This document shows positions 49,461-62,100 of a stretch of 64,000 bases of DNA, one piece after another. The number at the start of each line of letters is the position of its first letter. Position 1 is the first letter of the stretch. Origin of the DNA: Takakia lepidozioides (taxonomy: Eukaryota; Plantae; Bryophyta); contig CM060731.1 in NCBI GenBank assembly GCA_030704615.1, positions 53,258,001 to 53,322,000 of the forward strand, in the 5' to 3' direction. A program made the position numbers and the translations under genes. The notes under the pieces are model-generated. The model ran no database searches and was not told the origin of the DNA. It saw only the letters and a program-made list of their open reading frames with translations.

Positions 49461-49845
49461 GCAACACCAAGGTTGAGCGAGGACAAAGTAAAGCAATGCG
49501 TTGATCCCAAGCCGAATGGTGACTATCCTCCGAAGGCAGTTGCCAAGGTAGGTTTTTGTGTCAACCTTTTGAGTTGCATTCTCATTGCAAGAGATTGCAT
49601 AGTAGATGTTCTCTTCAGCAATTGGCTGGCTTATGGCAGCCCCTAGCTCCGTATTTAGGTTCTCTCAACAACTGGATAAAGGTTACCGATGCGAGTTTGG
49701 GTTGGAATGGCAGATGGCAACACTTGCAGCACTCTGTGTGCAGTACGAAAGGGACTTTCGCCCCAACATGAGTATCGTGGTGAAAGCCCTACAACCGCTT
49801 CTAACCTCGAGGCCTGCACCACAAGCAGGACCATCGGCAGAGTAA
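49461..49845 (+). pseudogene. PTI1-like receptor-like cytoplasmic kinase, last two exons only
   Basis: [26 protein letters not shown], intron, [29 protein letters not shown]. No upstream kinase exons are visible. Confidence 0.85.
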
Positions 49846-50869
49846 CAAGTCTGTGTGATGTTATTAGATTCTTGATTTAGTGCTTGCATGGAGTCCAAAA
49901 ACCTTGGGTACCTAGTCTGTGTTTGGCATTGAGGGTTTTATAATAAGGGGTGGTTTGCAAATGGCTTGAGGTCAGTGCTCAAACCACATCTGCACACAGA
50001 CCTGCTGCATTTTGCCTTGCAATTGGCAAGTTTGGAAATGTTAATTTAAAGTTGTGGGTCTGCCCACATGAGTAAGCAGAGGGGATGTCTTGAGGAAGTT
50101 GGAAGCTGGTTTGAACTGTACTTAATGGTGGGATGATATGAGTGGAAGGGCTTGGTGTTTGACATGCGCCAAGTATCTTTGGATAGGCCAGGCTTTGTTC
50201 ATCTCTGAACAATGGCAATGCATGCCTATTGATGACTGCATGTATAACAGTTTGGGAGGCCAAGATTATTTATTTGTCTGGCTGCACCATGATTGGATAA
50301 AGAGGTTTCTGATTACAAAGCCTGCTCTTTGCTTGCCTGAGCATCTCTCTCAGTTTTGTGGGGGTGTGCCCACATATGTGAATTTGCAGGCATGCAGTCT
50401 AGTCACAAGACTCTGCATTGTGAAACTTGTCAAAGGTTACTGTAGATATGCTTGTGAGGATTACGGAATAGAGTGAGTGCCTGGGAGCACTGAAATTGGA
50501 CAGGGTAGCAGTACCCCTCTTTCGCACTTGAGCAGGCAGCCCAGTTGGTGGGAATTTGTGGTTTGCCTGTGCATAACCAGGGTGATCCTGGGTTCAATCC
50601 TTCATGATCGTCCTTCTACTGTCCCATTGTCCCCTCGATGGTGTGTGTGTTGAGCACTAGGCTCACTTGAACTTTGGTTTCCTTTCAATTGTTGGATCAC
50701 ATTGGTTGTTTCACTTCATAGGAGGTGGCAATTGTGTGTGACTGTCACAGTCACATTTGTAGTCTTTAAGCACTCCCATTTTCCAGGCGGCTTCAATCTG
50801 GGAGAGCAGCCAAATTTTTGCCGAAAGTAATTTGGTCCACTGAGGAGCAATGGACTAGGTAACATGTGC

Positions 50870-53800
50870 AAGGAGATGGTGAGGGCACCTTCTTCTTCGA
50901 CCTATTTCAGCCTGTTTTGCCCTCTCATTAGACTCGTCCCTGAATTTGCATATTGATTGTGTAAGTTAGCTCTTTGGGTGGATTTGTGGTGCATGGGTAG
51001 ATGGTCCACTGGAAGCTGCAGCAGCAGCGGCACAATTGATAAAATCAAGCACTGGCACTGAAGGCACCTTCTTCAACACATTTCACCCTGTTTTTCCCTT
51101 TTATCAGAATTGGCCCTAAATTTCCATGTTGAATTCTGCAAGTTAGCTGGTTGAGTGAATCTTTGATAGGTTGGAGTGACTTTGACATGATACTGCCAAT
51201 GTGACAACAGAAAAGTATCCAAAAACAGGTAACAAAGATGAAGAGAAGCTGTGGAATGAATACTTTTCTGAACCTAGTCTATGGTGGGACAACCGAGGCA
51301 AAAAGGTGAATGTTTGTCAGGTTACCAGATGAACATTGCCCTGGTGGACATGTATGCCAAATGTGGGTGCATCGAGGATGCCAAGGGAGTATTCAACACT
51401 ATCGCTGAATGAGATGTGGTGTTATGGAGTGCAATGCTTGCGGGGTATGCACAGCAGGGGCGCGGGATGGAGGCTTTGAAGACATATGAGCAAATGATGG
51501 GGGAAGGAGTGAAGCCCGACCACATAACGTTTGTGTGCGTTTGCAGTGCGTGTGCGAGCCTGGCAGCCCTGGAAAAAGGGAAAGAGATCCATGGTGACAT
51601 CATCAAATCTGCAATTGTACCAATGTCATCCTGAACACTGCTCTGGTGGACATGTATGCCAAATGTGGGAGCATTGAGGATGCTCTACAATCCACTCCCA
51701 GAACCAAATTTGTCAAGGAGAGATTCAATTCCCAGATGCCCCACTTTGAATGGATCGGGCTACTCGCCTTGACTTTGAATTGATGGCCTCCCCCATGTCA
51801 CTGACTGGAAACAGGTTCAAGGAAGTTTTCTGCCGCACTTCATTGCACATGTTCATTTAAAAGTACTGGCATCCTCTAGTTTTTAATAGTACAGGAAAGT
51901 AGGTTGTTTCGGGATCTGTCTATTTTTTTAAATGTGCGAAGCTTTGGTGGTTATAGCGTGGTGCGAGAGGCCATGGCTACTCAATTGCCCGCTGGTGCTG
52001 TCGCGGAGCAGTTTAAGGGCAGAAATGAGGTTCTCTGGATGGGTTGGTCAAACCCTCCCTGGTGGTGACTCTCACTGGTGGTTTTGCAAGAGGTCCATGC
52101 ATGTAACATCGTCAAAGCTGGATTTGTACCAGATGTCATCCTGAACACTGCCCTGCTGGACATGTATGTCAAATGTGAGTGCATCGAGGATGCAAAGGGA
52201 GTGTTCGACAACATGGCTGAAAGAAATGTGGTGTCGTGGAGTGCGATGATTGCAGGATATGCACAGCAAGGGGCGGGATGGAGGCTTTGGAGACCTATGA
52301 GCAATTGATGTGCGAAAGGGTGAAGCCCAACCTCATCACATTTGTTTGCGGTTGCAATGCTTGTGCAAGCCTGGCAGCCCTGGAAAGGTGCAATGAGGTC
52401 CATGGTGACATCGTCAAAGCTGGATTTGTACCAGATGTCATCCTGATCACTGCCCTGCTGGACCTATATGTCAAATGTGAGTGCATCGAGGATGCAAAGG
52501 GAGTGTTCGACAGGATGACTGAACGAAATGTGGTGTCGTGCAATTCAATGATCGCAGGATATGCCCAACATGTTGTCATAGGGAGGTCCTGCAACTATTT
52601 GAAGGAATGTAAAAGAACGGTTTGAAGCCGGACAGTATCACCTTTATATGTGGTCTCTCTGGGTAGATGGTCAACTGAATGCAGCAGTTGCAGCGGCACA
52701 GTTGATGAAATCAAGCACCTCATCCATGGCCACGGCTTCTGAAAGAGGATCAAGAGAGGGGAGTCCACAATACCTCTTCTGGCACTTCTGGGCATGTGAA
52801 GATACTTCGTGCGATAGGCAGCTGGCAGAGGCTCTACAGACTATAAACCAAGGAGGCATTTCAGCAGATTCAGATACGTATGCTTATCTCTTGCTTAAGT
52901 GCATCAAGATGGGAGGTCTAGAAGCTGGAAAGCAGGTGCACACTCACATTATCCAAAGTGGATTCACGTCAATTTTTTTTCTACTCAACTCCCTTGTCAA
53001 CATGTATGTTAAGTGTGGGAGCATCATGGATGCTCATCAAGTGTTCAATAGAATGCCTCAATGATGTTTGATCATGTGGAACATAATGTTGGCAGGATTT
53101 ACCAAGCACGGGTGTGGTAGGATGCTTTGGAGACCTATGAGCAAATGCTGCGCGAAAGGGTGAAGCCCAACCACATCACATTTGTTTGTGTTTACAATGT
53201 GTGTGCAAGCCGGGGAGCTCTGGAAAAGGGGAAAGAGGTCCATGGTGACATCGTCAAAGCTGGAATTGTACCAGATGTCATTCTGCAAACTGCTCTGGTG
53301 GACATGTATGCCAAATGTGGGTGCATTAAGGATGCGAAGGGAGTTTTCAACACTATGGCTGAACGAGATGTGGTGCCATTGGACGCGATGCTTGCAGGAT
53401 ATGCACAGCAAGAACGTGGTATGGAGGCTTTGGAGACTTACGAACAAATGATGGGAGAAGGGGTGAAGCCCAACCACATCACGTTTGGGTGCGTGTGCAA
53501 GCTTGGCAGCTCTGGAAAGGGGCAAAGAGGTCCATGGCAACATCTTCAGAGCTGGAATTGTACCAGATTTCATTCTGAACAATACCCTGGTGGACATGTT
53601 TGCAAAATGTGGGTGCATCTAGGACGCAATGGGAGGGTTCAACACTATGGCTGAATAAGATGTGGCGTCGTGCAAGCCTGGCAGCCCTAGAGAAGGACAA
53701 AGAGGTGCATGGAGATATCGTCAAAGCTGGAATTATACCAAATGTCATTCTAAACACTGCCCTGGCAGCTCTGGAAAAGGGGAAAGAGGTCCATGGCGAC

Positions 53801-54707
53801 ATCTTCAGAGCATGGTTGTCATAGGGAGGTCCTGCAACTATTTGAAGGAATGCAAAAGAACGGCTTGAAGCAGTATGTGTTCTCTCTGCTGCAGCCACAC
53901 TGGTCTTCTGAATGAAGGTAGACGCTACTTCAATTCCCTGATTCAAGATCATGGTGTCACTCCGACAGTATAGCACTTTGGCTGCATGCTGGACCTTCTT
54001 GGATGTGCGGGACAACTGGATGAGGCAGTGGACTTGATTAATAAAATGCCAATCAATCCAGATGTTGTGGTGTGGAAGGCCTTGTTTAGTGCCTGCAGAA
54101 TCCATGACAATGTAGAGATGGCTCAACGTGCAGCAACATCTATCCTCAAGTGGAATGAACAGGATGCCGCGACTTATGTTGCTATCAAACATCTATGCTG
54201 CAGCTGGCAGATGCGTTGAACTGTAAAGGTGAGAAGAATGATGAAGGTCAGAGGGGTTGAAAAGGAGCCAGGTCGCTGCTGCATTGAGGTTTGCAACAAG
54301 GTGTACACCTTCATTGTATATGACAAGTTGCATCCCAGAATTAAGGAAATCCATGCTGAGCTGAGAAGATGAAAAGATTGTCTGGGAAGATGAAGGAGGT
54401 GGGGTATGTGCTTGACAGGCGCTTTGTATTGCATGATGTGGGGAGGAGGAAAATGAATTTTCTCTTTACCACCACAGTGAAAAGCTGGCCACTGGTTTTG
54501 GGCTAATCAGCATGACCCCTAGGACGCCTCTTCGTCTCATCAAGAATCTTCGAGTGGGTTCCCCGGTTCTGCGGTTGTCCGTGTGGTGGCTGCCACACCT
54601 CCACCAAATTCATCTCAAAGATTGTTGGCCGAGCAATTGTTGTACGGGACGCTAACCGCTTTCACCACTTTGAAGATGGGATTTGTTCTTGTGGTGATTA
54701 GTGGTGA
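50870..54707 (+). pseudogene. PLS-PPR-E-DYW RNA-editing factor pseudogene (rearranged tandem partial copies) with N-terminal PDF-motif exons
   Basis: Many near-identical P-L-S triplets with stops and frameshifts; CMLDLLGCAGQLDEA..PDVVVWKAL; KEPGRCCIEV (PG box); HHSEKLA..IKNLRV..; [13 protein letters not shown]. 51200-51305 reads EEKLWNEYFSEPSLWWDNRGKK. Confidence 0.92.
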
Positions 54708-55444
54708 AAGGATGTCTTCTTGGAAAGATGCGAGTGTCTTGCTTCATTCATTGATCTGTGACTTAGCTACTCACACCATCCACCATTTCCCGAAAGTATT
54801 GACCATGATGTACTGTTGAGTGCATTTCCTGTGCCATAAAGCCACAGGAAATGATAGTGGGGTCTACCCGGCATAGGTGGGAGGTTAGCCGCACTTGGTG
54901 ATTTTTTACTGATTCTGGTGACAGTGGATGGAAATCAGAGTGCTGTCCTAATTCTGGGTTTGGGTGGTGGAGCTTCTCCAAAGCTTGAAGATGGAAGTGA
55001 ATACGAATTTTAATGAGCTTGATGAGAGGGGCAGCCCTGTGCACAAGTTTGTTCAGCATCTTAAATTTGGACATGTGTTTGTTTCTCGTGGTGTGGCTTT
55101 GGATGGAGCCCTTGATGAACTTGCATGAATATTGTCAAAAGCTAGCCTTAACCCACCAAGATCCAATCCCATGGTGGATGCTTGAAAGTTCATGCAGTGA
55201 ATGTAAGGGTATTTGGGTATGTTGTTATTGATTGATGCGGCTTGTGAAAATTGAATGTTGAAATGCAGATCCGCCATTTTTTTTCCAGAAAAAAACAAAA
55301 CACCGGATCTCTGCATGTACCACCGTGGGGATGACCCAGCCCTTTTTTTTGTGAAAATTGAACATAGTTCTCAGAATTCGTCACTAGTAGTGCGGAGCAA
55401 CACGAAGCCCTAGTATGATATGTTAGGTGGTGGATAACCAGCAT

Positions 55445-55590
55445 GTAGCCCAGCGGTAATGGGCACATACCACGTTGGATGTGGTTGTGGGTTCAAACCA
55501 CGGTCTGGTGTGTCATGAAGGTGTCCACCTTTCAGCTGAAGGCAGTAGCCCTTGTGGTGAAGAGACACCATAAGTTACGCTCCCTTCGCA
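55445..55590 (+). mobile_element. tRNA-derived SINE, second copy
   Basis: tagcccagcggta..gggttcaaacc plus the shared body. Confidence 0.6.
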
Positions 55591-55599
55591 TCATACTTT

Positions 55600-58500
55600 G
55601 TTAGGTGGTGGGCCCTCTTCCTAGAGTTTTCTAAGAGAAGCCTTGATGAAGCCATGGGCCTCCTTATAGGGCCCACCCGGAAAGAGGGTAGTAGCCGTGA
55701 GCGAAGTGGCTTTTAGTTAGGCCAGTTTCGGCGGACTCTTCTCTCTAGAAGGAAAAGAAGTAGGATATGTGAGGTGGTGGGCCCTTCTTCGAAAGTTTTC
55801 AAGAGAAGTATTATGAAAGGATGTGCCTTCTTAGAGCATCCCCACCCTATACTGTACCCAGCACTATACCGCGTCAAGATGGGTTGGAACATGTCCCACC
55901 CTTGCCCCTGAACACTATATCCCGTTCAGGGCCTGAATCAATCGCGGTATCTTTGGCGTTAGAGGGAGTTTTCAAGAGGAGTAGGATGAGGTGGTAGGCC
56001 CTCTTTCTAGAGTTTTCAAGAGAAGTAGGATGGAGGGATGGCCTCTTTATAGAAGAAAAGAAGTAGGATATGTGAGGTGGTGGTTCCTCCTTCTAGAGTC
56101 TTCAAGAGAAGTAGGATGAAGGGATGGGTCTCCTTATAGAAGAAAGTGCTCCCAACGACAAAGGTGTATATATATGAGGCCCCTCGCTCTTTCGCTCCCC
56201 AAGAGCAAGATACGGAGAGTGAGATATGAGGTAGAGGTTTGGTGTGAGGTGTGAGGTAGAGGTTTGGTGAGTTTTGGCTTTTTGCAAGCACTTAGGAACC
56301 ATTGTTGTGCAAGTATATTCCTATTTGGGGTTTTCCAAGTGCTTGAAAAAAGCCAAAACTCATCAAACCTCTACCTTAATGTTAATTGATGGCCCCACCA
56401 TCTTGCCACACCCACACTTGCCTAGCCCACAAGCTTGGCCAACCCCCATCTCAAGTGGCATCAACCCATGTGGCCTATGTTCCAAAGTAGCTTGTGCCCT
56501 GTCCACGTCTTCTATACAAATCTTAGTTTTTGGAGCTCACACACTTCTGTTACGTAGGTAAAATATCCCCAAATTATTTTATCAATATTGCAAGCATGGC
56601 TGAATATATTGCTAGAATTGTATCTTGAATATACAATTGGGTAAACAACAAAGATATGTCTATTTAACCATATCCGATATCTATTTGTACCTTGAGGTAT
56701 AAATGACGATTTTCATTATTTACTTAGATCCTTCAAAACTCGTCAACAACAATATACCCTTATCTAGAGGGTATATATAATTTTGAAAATACAGTACATC
56801 CGGAACCGGAGGGTAAGATAAAATACATTTCTTTCGTACCCAGACCTCGGAGGGTACGTTCAAAACAACATACCCGCAAACACTTGTCGGAACCATCATT
56901 AAATTAATAGAGGGAGAGGAGGTTTGGCTATATTATCAAGGGGGCTTATTCAGCTATAGTATTGAGGGTGTGCGCGAGTCAGGTTGCCCCGCCACAGAAC
57001 CCAATAGGGCCTGAATCAATCGCGGTATCTTTGGCGTTATAGGGAGTTTTTCGGGCTCAAGGGTGGGGATGTTCTATAGAAGGAAAAGAAGTAGGATATG
57101 TGAGGTGGTGGGCCCTCTTTCTAGAGTTTTCAAGAGAAATAGATTAAGGGTGGCCTCCTTAGAGCATCTCCAGCAGTGCAACCCAAAATGCCCCGCCAAA
57201 TGCCCTCTAATGGCCCGCTTGGCGAGGCTGATTCCCAAGATGGAGGAGTAGAAGAAAAACCCATGCAGTGCAAGCCTAATGCCTCGCTACCTTGGCCTTG
57301 CTGGCAGGGCAAGAGGTACTTTGGCTATAGAGAGCATGGCAAAGTGGGGCATTAATGAGGGTTGCAAACATGTGTAGTTAGGAAAGACATTCAAACATGT
57401 GGCGGGCCAGCAGATTAATGAGGGTTGAAGACAAGTGTAGTTAGGAAAGGTATTGAAACATCTGGCGGGCCAGTGTGGAGCCCGCCAGATATGCCCAAAT
57501 GTGGCTGGGCAAAAACAAATTTGAGGGCCCCGCCCGAAATAATTTGGCGTTATTGCACCGTTGGGGTTTATGTTGGGCCCCGCCCTTTGCGGCGGGACTG
57601 GATTGGCGTCGGCTGGGTGGCCTTACTGTACGACAAGAGTTGCTCTTATAGAAGGAAAAGAAATAGGATATGTGAGGTGGTGAGCCCTCCTTCTAGAGTT
57701 GTCTCCGAGAAGTAGGATGAAGGGATGGGCCTCCTTATAGAAGGAAAAGAAGTAGGATATGTGAGGTGGTGGGCCCTCCTTCTAGAGTTTTCAAGATAAG
57801 GATGAAGGGATGGGTCTACTTATAGAAGGAACTGTCGCCACCGACAAAGGTGTATATATACTCTTTTTTCGCTCCCCACGAGCAAGATATGGAGAGTGAG
57901 ATATAAGGTAGAGGTTTGGTGAGTTTTGGCTTTTTGCAAGCACTTGGAAACCCAAACAGGTATAGGAACCATTGTTGTGCGAGTATATGATACACCCGGA
58001 TGTACCCGCACACAACATTGGTTCCTATTCCTACTTCGGTTTTCCAAGTGCTTGCAAAAAGCCAAAACTCACCAAACCTCTGCCTTAATGTTAATTGATG
58101 GCCCCCGCCATCGCGCCACATCCACCATTCCCTAGCCCACAAGCTTGGCCAACCCCATCTCAAGTGGCATCAACCCATGTCGCCTATGTTCCAAAGTAGC
58201 TTGAGCTCCGTCAATGTCCTCCATACACATCTTAGTTTTTGGAGCTCACACACTTCTGTTATGTAGCTAAAATATCCCCAAATTATTTTATCAATATTGC
58301 ACGCATTGCTGAATATATTGCTCATATATCTTGAATATACAATTGGGTAAACAACAAAGATATGTCTATTTAACCATATCCAATATCTATTTGTACCTTG
58401 AGGTATGAATGACGATTTTCATTATTTACTTATATCCTTCAAAACTCACCAACAACAATATACCCTTATCTAGAGGGTAAATATAATTTTGAAAATACAA

Positions 58501-58665
58501 TACATCCGGAACCGGAGGGTAAGATAAAATATATTTCCTTCTTACCCGGACCGGAGGGTAGGTTTAAAACAACATACCCGCAAACACTTGTCGGAACCAT
58601 CATTAGATTAATAGAGGGAGATGAGGTGCTATATTATCAAGGGGGCTTATTCAGCTATAGTATTA
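55600..58665. repeat. Complex repeat: ~85-bp tandem units plus a ~0.9-kb block present twice (about 56040-56965 and 57730-58665)
   Basis: The unit agaaggaaaagaagtaggatatgtgaggtggtgggccct..ctagagttttcaagagaagtaggatgaagggatgggcctccttat recurs. The two long blocks align closely and both end ggggcttattcagctatagtatt. Confidence 0.9.
57162..57645. mobile_element. Tourist-like MITE
   Basis: GAGCATCTC..GAGTTGCTC with a TTA TSD on both sides. The empty site restores the tandem unit ggcctccttatagaagg. Confidence 0.8.
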
Positions 58666-59169
58666 TATTAATTAATAAAGGTATGGTTTATGTCCTCTTA
58701 GAATTTTCTGGAGCCTGCTGACAGAGCCCACCAATAAGGTACTTACTAATAGATACTAGATTAGTAAAGAGGAGGGCATTCATCTCCTTATATACCCTTT
58801 GAGGGCGGTGGGCCCGACCCCGTCCGACAGCCCGGGAGCAAGTTCCAAAGGGCAGCTCAGACCCGACACATGTCATACCCTAATCTCACCACTTGACATA
58901 TGTACTCTAACTACCCAAATTGGCGCCCAAACCATCCGCCATTTAATATGTGTCGTTTTTGTATCGTCTTTTTTCTTCCCTTAAACAACGGATATTTATT
59001 CTCATCGCTATGTATCTTACTATATGCCTTTGCTTTTTAATTCCTAGACCACCCTCTAATCTTCACACTTGACACAAACCTAGGCCCTTATTGGGCACAA
59101 CCCTGTTTGATCCTTCGCAAATAGCACCTCTTTGTTTGCACAGTAAATGACGAAGAAAAAATGTATGAT

Positions 59170-62100
59170 AGATTTTTATTTTTTATTTTTTTTTAAATTT
59201 TAAACAGGGGAGGAAGCCCTGTAAATCATATTAATAAAGGATGTCCTGGAAAAATATACCAGGACAGAAGGCCATAAGGCATAAGATTGGGTAACACCCT
59301 AACAGGCCACCAAGGGCAAGCTTTGCTACCACCTTGAAGCCCTGAAGATCAGGAAGCCATGCTCCAGGGAGTTTAAAAGGTTTGAGCACTAAACAGCAGA
59401 ACTTAAACATCAGAAACCAAGGTTGGATTTGCCTAGCAGCCTAACAGAGCAAGACAGTCTAATGGAAGGGCTAAGCTGAGCCTATTGTGATGAAGGGCCA
59501 GGGGTGGACTACCAGCCCCCCCCCCCCCCCAAGACAGGCAGGGAGAAAATAGCCCAACCTTAGAACAACCAAAGCCATAAAGGCAGGCTGCCGACATCAA
59601 ACAGGAGCAGAAGTAGCCACCGAAGTGGAGCAAGAGGCAGACCAGAAGGCTCTAGACTGAGAGCACATAACATGATCCTATAGGAACCTGCACGGGAACA
59701 AGGCCGAACTGCCAGCCCAAGAACACATCCTATGCAAAGCAGAAAAACAGGCCAACCCCAGCCAAGATTGCCAGAAAAACCATGCGAGATCTTGGTTTTC
59801 CAGCCACAAAGAAGTAAATGTCAACGCCTAGTGTTGTCGGGCTCAAAGTCTAAATGCGCCCTCACATTGGAAACCCGCTGGTTTTGGTGACGCCGGTTGA
59901 TGTCCCTATCTTCAATCTCAGCGGGGGAGGCCCAATGGTTGGGGGAGTCACCAGTCGACTGGAGGTCTTGATGCCCAGGAGACTCCTTCACCCTGTCTTT
60001 CACAAAGAAGTCCATTGTGCCCCCATTCGGCATCAAATTGCGAGAGAAGGGCATCCCGCCGCTCCTCAGAACATCTGCAAACTGTGATCAAAAGCCCCTC
60101 CCACAGTTTACGTCCCTCTACCAATAAGTCAAAAAAGATAGAGGCCAAGGAGGATTTTACACAAGTAGGTTTGAGATAAAAAATGAGAGCACATATGGCC
60201 TTCCAGATATGCCAAAGGCCAAGCCCCCGAAGCGCGACCCAAACTTGACAAGAGAGCCAGGAAGAAGAAGGGGAAGTATTGAGAAAAATTAAAAGAGGAT
60301 CCCTTCGGTTAAAATCATGCCAGGAAACATACAAGGAATGAATTCTAGACCAAATGAAAGAGACAAAGGGACATGATATGAAACAGTGTAGGTAAGTCTC
60401 CACTTCCCCCAAAGTGCAAGATTTGCACAAGTTGTCAAGCGCCAATTGAGTGAAGGAAAGGGGAAGAATGTGATTGCAGAGCTTCCACAACAAGCCTGAT
60501 ATCTTGGCAGCACATTGCTTCGTCCAGACATCTACCCAAATGAGCTTCCAAGCTGATTGAGGGACTGAGATTGGAGCCCATTTACCTGACAGCTTAGCAG
60601 TAATTGGATAGGAGTTTTGAAGGATTTTATACCCCATCTTGGCACTATAAGCAAAAAAGGGCTTGGGAGAATCCTGCACACGCCAGCACCATTCCCCGGG
60701 ATCCCATTGGAGATGGGCCAGGGGGGTATTAAGAAACCAAAACACCGAAACTGCCTGCCCCCATTGTAGTAAAGTTCATGCCCCGTTGTACACTGGGTTA
60801 ATGCACCTGCAGAATCAATGATTCTAACCGCAAAGGTAGTGTCATACTGGCAAAATATAGAACCAACACACATGAGAGAACCTTCTGAACTGGCAGCAAA
60901 ACCAATGCCCGAAGCGACCTGACTTTGAATCTCCGAAACATAAATGATACTGACAGGAATGCCCCCCAAGCAACCACGCTAGGCAGGGGGATTCCAATGA
61001 TCCCGGCCAGGAGAAAGAAGAGAAGACCAGCGCAAGGTTATTGCATCATGAATGAAGGGCCAGCCCTGGGAGAGAGAGATGGGGTGCAGAAAATCAGACC
61101 AGCGGTCAGAGGAGGACATACCCGAACCCTCCCAAACATCCTGTACCAGAGAAATCCTGGCCCTATCCCAATTAGCCCACCGAGTAGAGCAAGAGGCCAG
61201 GACCTCACAATCCAGCTGGAGATTCCCAAAAATTGGCTGTCTAATGGCCTCATCCCAGATCTGGGGGGTTTTTGATAGAGATATTCACGAAGACGCGTCC
61301 AAGCCCTCCAAATGGTTTGCCAAGCCAAGGAGCCCACAGACTGCTTGGAATTTCGAGAACCCCCCTGCACCAACCAATGGAAATTGGGGACCCAAGCCGG
61401 GCTAGAAGAAGGGATCGACTGCTGGATATTAAGAACTTCCAGGGGCCAGCACCTGGCAGGAAGGCCCTAGGTATCCACTTACATAGAAGAGCTGCAATCT
61501 CATGATCCAGATCTAGGATACCTAGACCCCCCTCTTTTATCTTTAAGCATAACTGGGACCAAGAGACCAAAGCACGCTTAGCAACCGAGGCATCAGAGGC
61601 CCCCCACAGAAAATTGCGAATCAAAGCTTTTATGGATTGGAGGATAGTAGGGCCAGGGTCCCAATCGACGTTTAGCCTCAGAAAAGGTGAGAAGGGTTTG
61701 AGGACCATGTCGATTCATTTCCAACTTTTTTTGGCAAACCGTAAGACATTTAATCAGTGCCATCTCATATCTGTTGTTTTGGACTGCCAATTCCCTGGCT
61801 AGAGAGATGCAAAGCCTACGACACGCTTGGAGCTTATTCAAAAACCTGAGGGTGGGGGAAGAATAGAGACCGGAAGAACTAGCCCAACAAACCTGAATGG
61901 CCTCCAAGGTGCTAGGGATCTTTAAAATACCTATATTAATCTTAGTGAAGCCTCTACCCCTAGCCTTCATACCAGGCGTGACCACCTTGGCCCTGACCTC
62001 GGCGTGGTCGAACTCAAATAGGATAGGGCCCATGGGGAGATAATGAAACCAAGAGGAGATAGAAGCGGAGAAGTAGAATCGGTCAAGCCAAAGACCTGTC

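Noticed and set aside
51322-54192. Antisense ORFs over the PPR tract (e.g. 53479..54192)
   Set aside because: Shadow frames typical of PPR repeats; no independent evidence.
54690-54707. Repair of PPR/DYW stop codons by U-to-C editing
   Set aside because: The locus is nuclear and also frameshifted, and the D*W stop (TAG for Tyr) cannot be restored by U-to-C.
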